A DNA stretch of 35,310 bases from positions 1 through 35,310 of the forward strand of contig JBCCAG010000001.1 of assembly GCA_039814955.1 (NCBI GenBank). Direction: 5' to 3'. Source of the DNA: Cyanobacteria bacterium P01_A01_bin.135 (GTDB lineage: Bacteria; Cyanobacteriota; Cyanobacteriia; CAKZMO01). The notes beneath the pieces were generated by a model. It was not told the DNA's origin, searched no databases, and worked only from the letters and a program-made list of their open reading frames with translations. Made by a program: the position numbers and the translations under genes. Positions 32,368 through 35,310 of this stretch are shown here, in pieces; position 1 is the first letter of the stretch, and each line of letters begins with the position of its first letter.

Positions 32368-34713
32368 ATGCATCCAACCCAAAAAACCATGCCCCGCAAA
32401 TTCTGCTTACCGCTCGTCGCCCTAGCCGCCTGCCTCACGGCCCAGGCCTGTTCCAGCACCCAAGCCAATAGCGCTCAGGCCGGTGTCTATCCCACTGCCG
32501 AAATCCCCTGCCCCGACGTTGTCCCACCAGGAGAAACCGAAGGGGAAACCATCACCTGCGGTACCATCACCGTCCCCGAGAACTACGACGAGCCAGACGG
32601 ACGCCAAATCGACATCACCTACGCCAAGCTCCACAGCTTCAGCAACTCCCCAGCTTCAGATCCGGTTGTGGATTTGCGGGGCGGACCGGGGGGAAGCGCG
32701 ATCGCCTTTCCGTCTCTGGAGCAGCGGGCCGGGTTCTATACCGTTCAGCGGCAGACCCGCGACGTGATTCTATTCGACCAGCGGGGGACCCAATTCTCCA
32801 ATCGCCTGGGCTGCGGCCCGGTGGGCTATGCCGTTGTGGTTGCTAGCCAGGACCCCACCAGCGAAATCGCCCAGCAGATTGATGCCCTCCTGCAGCAGGT
32901 GAAAGGGATATTTCCGGAAGCGTCAGAGGATGCGGCCTATGCCTACACGATGCAGCTACTGTGCGGTATTTTACTCGAAGCCAATGGGGCTGACCTCGAT
33001 CAATATGACTCCCCCAACAGCGCCCAGGATGTGGTGAACCTGACCGCTGCTCTGGGCTACGACGACATCAACCTCTACGGCATCTCCTACGGCACCTATC
33101 TGGCCCAGCAGGTGATGCGAGACCACCCCGAGCGCCTGCGCAGCGTGGTGCTCGATTCTACCCTGACAGCCCATGTGGATAAATACGAGGCCATCCCCCT
33201 GGATGCAGAGGTCGCTTTCTTGAATGTGGTGGAAGACTGCGAAGCTGACGCCGACTGCGCGGCAGCCTACCCCAACTTAAAGCAGCGCACCATCGACCTG
33301 CTGGCTCAACTCGAAGCGGCCCCCATTCCCTTCAGTAACCGCTCTGAAGCTCTCCCCCCAGATATTACCGAAGTGACCGCAACGGGAGTGGCGGGTGTAT
33401 TGACAACGATTTCCTCAAATCCCACCCAGCTGCCACAATACGTGCCGCTGCTGATCCACGAGCTGGAGCAGCGCACCACCAGCACCTTGGATAGCCTAAT
33501 TACAGGACAACTGTTTGCGACGGAGCAGACCCCACCGCTGCCCGATAGCCTGGAAGCCTACCGCCTGCAGGAAGAGCAATTTCGACTAGAGGCCGAGAAG
33601 CTCCTCAGGGTGGCAGCCCAAGAGGCCCAGTTCCAGCGGCCCTCCAGCCAGTGGGTGGCGCAGGTGGAAACCCAGTTTGCGGCACTGCCCGAAAGCGAAA
33701 AAATCCTGGAGCTGGTGAACTTCTACGGGGTGGGCTACCAGAGCGACAAGCCCCGCGATCGCGCTACCCTACTGGCCTATGTGAAGGAGAGCTTTGACGG
33801 CGACGCGGCCCAGGCTCTAACGGACAGCCTCAGCGCCATGTCTGAGGTGGAGGTTGACCACATCTACGATGTGATTTCCATGAAAACCGACGAAGTGTTT
33901 CCCCAGGATGATGAGCTGACCATTGGCATGCACTACAGCATGGACTGCCGGGAAATGACGGCGTTTAGTACGGCTGAGGAGATCACGGCGGCCTACGAGC
34001 GCTCCGAACTACCACTGCTGGGGGCGGCACGGTATGATCTGGCTCTCACCGCCGTCAATATCTGTAGTCTATGGCCGGTGGAGCCTGCCCCGGCCAGCGA
34101 GCATGAGCCGGTGGAAAGCGATGTGCCGACGCTGGTGCTACAGGGACGCTACGACGCCATCACCAACACTGAAGTGGGGGCGCGGGTGACAGAGGGCCTG
34201 AGCAACAGCACCTACGTGGAGTTTTCTAGCTCAGGCCATGGGGTGATTGCCTATTCCCAATGCGCTAAGGATGTGGGCGCGGCCTTTGTGGCCAATCCCG
34301 ATCAGCCGCTGGATATGAGCTGCACAGAGAACCTGTTCCCTGACTTTGTGCTGCCCTCTTCTGCCTCCGAGACGGCCCCGCAGCGCGCCAGCAGCCCAGC
34401 CACGACACTAGAGGCCATCCCTGAAGCCGCTCAAACCACCGCTGAAGCTGAGCCTACAGCCACCGCACCCTACTGCCTGCTCGTCAATGCCCCCGTTGCC
34501 GTGTTTGGCAGCTCACCCTCCGCAGCGATCGCCGGACAGTACCAGAAAAACGATATCGCCTACGCCACTACTAACCCACCCACTACACAGCAGGCAGACG
34601 GCAAAACTTTCATTGAAGTGTCGATCTATGACGGGCTGACGGGCTGGGTCCCTCGCACCGTGGCTGACGGCTCACCGGCTCTAATTGATCTCACCCCTGA
34701 CCAGTGCAGTTGA
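32368..34713 (+). CDS. Secreted S33/TAP-like serine peptidase, paralog 2, with an extra Pro/Thr/Ala linker and a C-terminal SH3-like domain
   Basis: It starts 14 nt after paralog 1. It has the same GISYG elbow, VPTLVLQGRYDAITN and SSGHGV. The extra tail is ...APYCLLVNAPVAVFGSS...GKTFIEVSIYDGLTGWVPRTV. Confidence 0.88.
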   Translation: MHPTQKTMPRKFCLPLVALAACLTAQACSSTQANSAQAGVYPTAEIPCPDVVPPGETEGETITCGTITVPENYDEPDGRQIDITYAKLHSFSNSPASDPVVDLRGGPGGSAIAFPSLEQRAGFYTVQRQTRDVILFDQRGTQFSNRLGCGPVGYAVVVASQDPTSEIAQQIDALLQQVKGIFPEASEDAAYAYTMQLLCGILLEANGADLDQYDSPNSAQDVVNLTAALGYDDINLYGISYGTYLAQQVMRDHPERLRSVVLDSTLTAHVDKYEAIPLDAEVAFLNVVEDCEADADCAAAYPNLKQRTIDLLAQLEAAPIPFSNRSEALPPDITEVTATGVAGVLTTISSNPTQLPQYVPLLIHELEQRTTSTLDSLITGQLFATEQTPPLPDSLEAYRLQEEQFRLEAEKLLRVAAQEAQFQRPSSQWVAQVETQFAALPESEKILELVNFYGVGYQSDKPRDRATLLAYVKESFDGDAAQALTDSLSAMSEVEVDHIYDVISMKTDEVFPQDDELTIGMHYSMDCREMTAFSTAEEITAAYERSELPLLGAARYDLALTAVNICSLWPVEPAPASEHEPVESDVPTLVLQGRYDAITNTEVGARVTEGLSNSTYVEFSSSGHGVIAYSQCAKDVGAAFVANPDQPLDMSCTENLFPDFVLPSSASETAPQRASSPATTLEAIPEAAQTTAEAEPTATAPYCLLVNAPVAVFGSSPSAAIAGQYQKNDIAYATTNPPTTQQADGKTFIEVSIYDGLTGWVPRTVADGSPALIDLTPDQCS

Positions 34714-34729
34714 TTGCAGGAGGTATCCC

Positions 34730-34987
34730 ATGCAAATTGAACTCATGTATCAAGCCACAATCGATACGGGGCACCTGGTGGCTTTCCATGAGTCTATGCC
34801 CTTTGAAACCCGCTCCATCGGAGGGATGAAAACCTTTTTGTTCAGCGGTGAAGGGTTTGTGGTGGACTTGACGGGACCCGGTAAAGTGCTAATTCAAACG
34901 CGATGGTCGGAGACCGGCCCAAGGGCCATCGCAGACCAGTTTCTCTCCTGGTTAATTCCCAAGCTGCCGGTAAGCACGAGCAATTAA
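34730..34987 (+). CDS. AIM24-family (DUF124) C-terminal fragment, 85 aa, with its own strong SD sequence
   Basis: TGHLVAFHESMPFE...FLFSGEGFVVDLTGPGKVLIQTR matches the C-terminal third of AIM24/TIGR00266 proteins. AGGAGG at 34718-34723 lies 6 nt before the ATG. The N-terminal ~140 aa expected for the family is absent. Confidence 0.55.
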   Translation: MQIELMYQATIDTGHLVAFHESMPFETRSIGGMKTFLFSGEGFVVDLTGPGKVLIQTRWSETGPRAIADQFLSWLIPKLPVSTSN

Positions 34988-34988
34988 G

Positions 34989-35036
34989 TACGTAGCCACA
35001 ATTAAACGAAAGGGGGCGCTCCCCCTGACAGCTACG
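34989..35036 (+). terminator. Nested stem-loop between the AIM24 fragment and the IS end
   Basis: Outer stem ACGTAGC (34989-34995) with GCTACGT (35030-35036). Inner stem GGGGG-cgct-CCCCC (35011-35024). The function (terminator or IS-proximal structure) is uncertain. Confidence 0.3.
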
Positions 35037-35121
35037 TTTACTTACGGCGCTCGATTTAAGCAACTACTTAAGCAAATAGATTGACACAAGATATTACACC
35101 CGAAGGGTTGGTTAGGCAGGG

Positions 35122-35310
35122 CTATTTCATTCTAAAGATGCGCTTGAGGATGTCTAGGCCAAACTTGCACTTACGCTCAGCCTGAGCCATGTTGTTGAAT
35201 CCGTTAGAGCGGTACAGGTTCAAGGCAAAGTTGCGAGCTACAGCGAAGAGCTGAGGCAACTGGTACATACGAATTCGAGAAGCATCTTCTCCTTGGGTGA
35301 CATCGCGAAC
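35122..35310 (-). mobile_element. 3' end of an ISAs1-like DDE transposase gene (last 62 codons plus stop; the gene continues beyond the window)
   Basis: Not in the ORF track because no start lies inside the window. Manual minus-strand translation gives VRDVTQGEDASRIRMYQLPQLFAVARNFALNLYRSNGFNNMAQAERKCKFGLDILKRIFRMK*. This matches the conserved ISAs1-type C-terminus (RDVT..ED.SRIR....P...A..RN.ALNL.R). Confidence 0.6.

Noticed and set aside
1-35310. Search for CRISPR arrays, rRNA, tRNA, integron attC sites or retron-type elements
   Set aside because: I saw no regularly spaced 25-40-nt direct repeats, no rRNA- or tRNA-like cloverleafs, and no reverse transcriptase or integrase ORF. The only periodic repeats are the short iteron-like motifs at 28238-28320 and the coding repeats (pentapeptide, WD40).

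Overview
This 35.3-kb window looks like a cyanobacterial chromosome segment. The background is GC-rich (about 60% G+C in hand-counted lines) and carries many HIP1 octamers (GCGATCGC).

From left to right, the ordinary content is:
- the 3' part of an RND efflux permease, a CPA2-type cation:proton antiporter, an AT-rich pair (DUF1349 protein and pentapeptide-repeat protein), and an MscS-family channel;
- a DUF1400/alpha-beta-hydrolase/solute-binding fusion protein, a YihY/BrkB protein, a META/HslJ protein, and a Tat-signal class-3 lipase overlapping a small membrane-protein gene;
- an SH3b-like protein and a frameshifted HTH-WD40 gene;
- a minus-strand envelope string: PrsW protease, lipoprotein, two small membrane proteins and a secreted protein;
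- diverging from that string across a 650-nt AT-rich repeat-bearing spacer: two tandem paralogous secreted Cys-domain proteins and two tandem paralogous S33 (TAP-like) serine peptidases;
- an AIM24 C-terminal fragment and the 3' end of an ISAs1-like transposase at the window edge.

The most interesting part is about 7.4-15.1 kb. It contains a tightly packed minus-strand string of partly disrupted genes. A strongly AT-rich, HIP1-free cassette sits inside this string. The cassette comprises a 56-aa HTH-like ORF that is not in the supplied ORF track, ATGA-coupled to a 444-aa multi-TM/coiled-coil protein with no recognisable family. Beside it lie a divergently transcribed HTH-NACHT STAND NTPase (bacterial NLR-like) and an HNH endonuclease gene. 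The HNH ORF is fused in frame to a transposase N-terminal remnant and is followed by an uncharacterised 223-aa partner. I read this as a defence or mobile-element island, with the AT-rich cassette as the best candidate for an undescribed system.

Four genes carry frame disruptions: the WD40 gene, the YdjM-like gene, the lipoyl/coiled-coil gene and the 206-aa gene. These are either real pseudogenes or assembly errors. No rRNA, tRNA or CRISPR array was found. All family calls come from reading the translations by eye and were not checked against any database.
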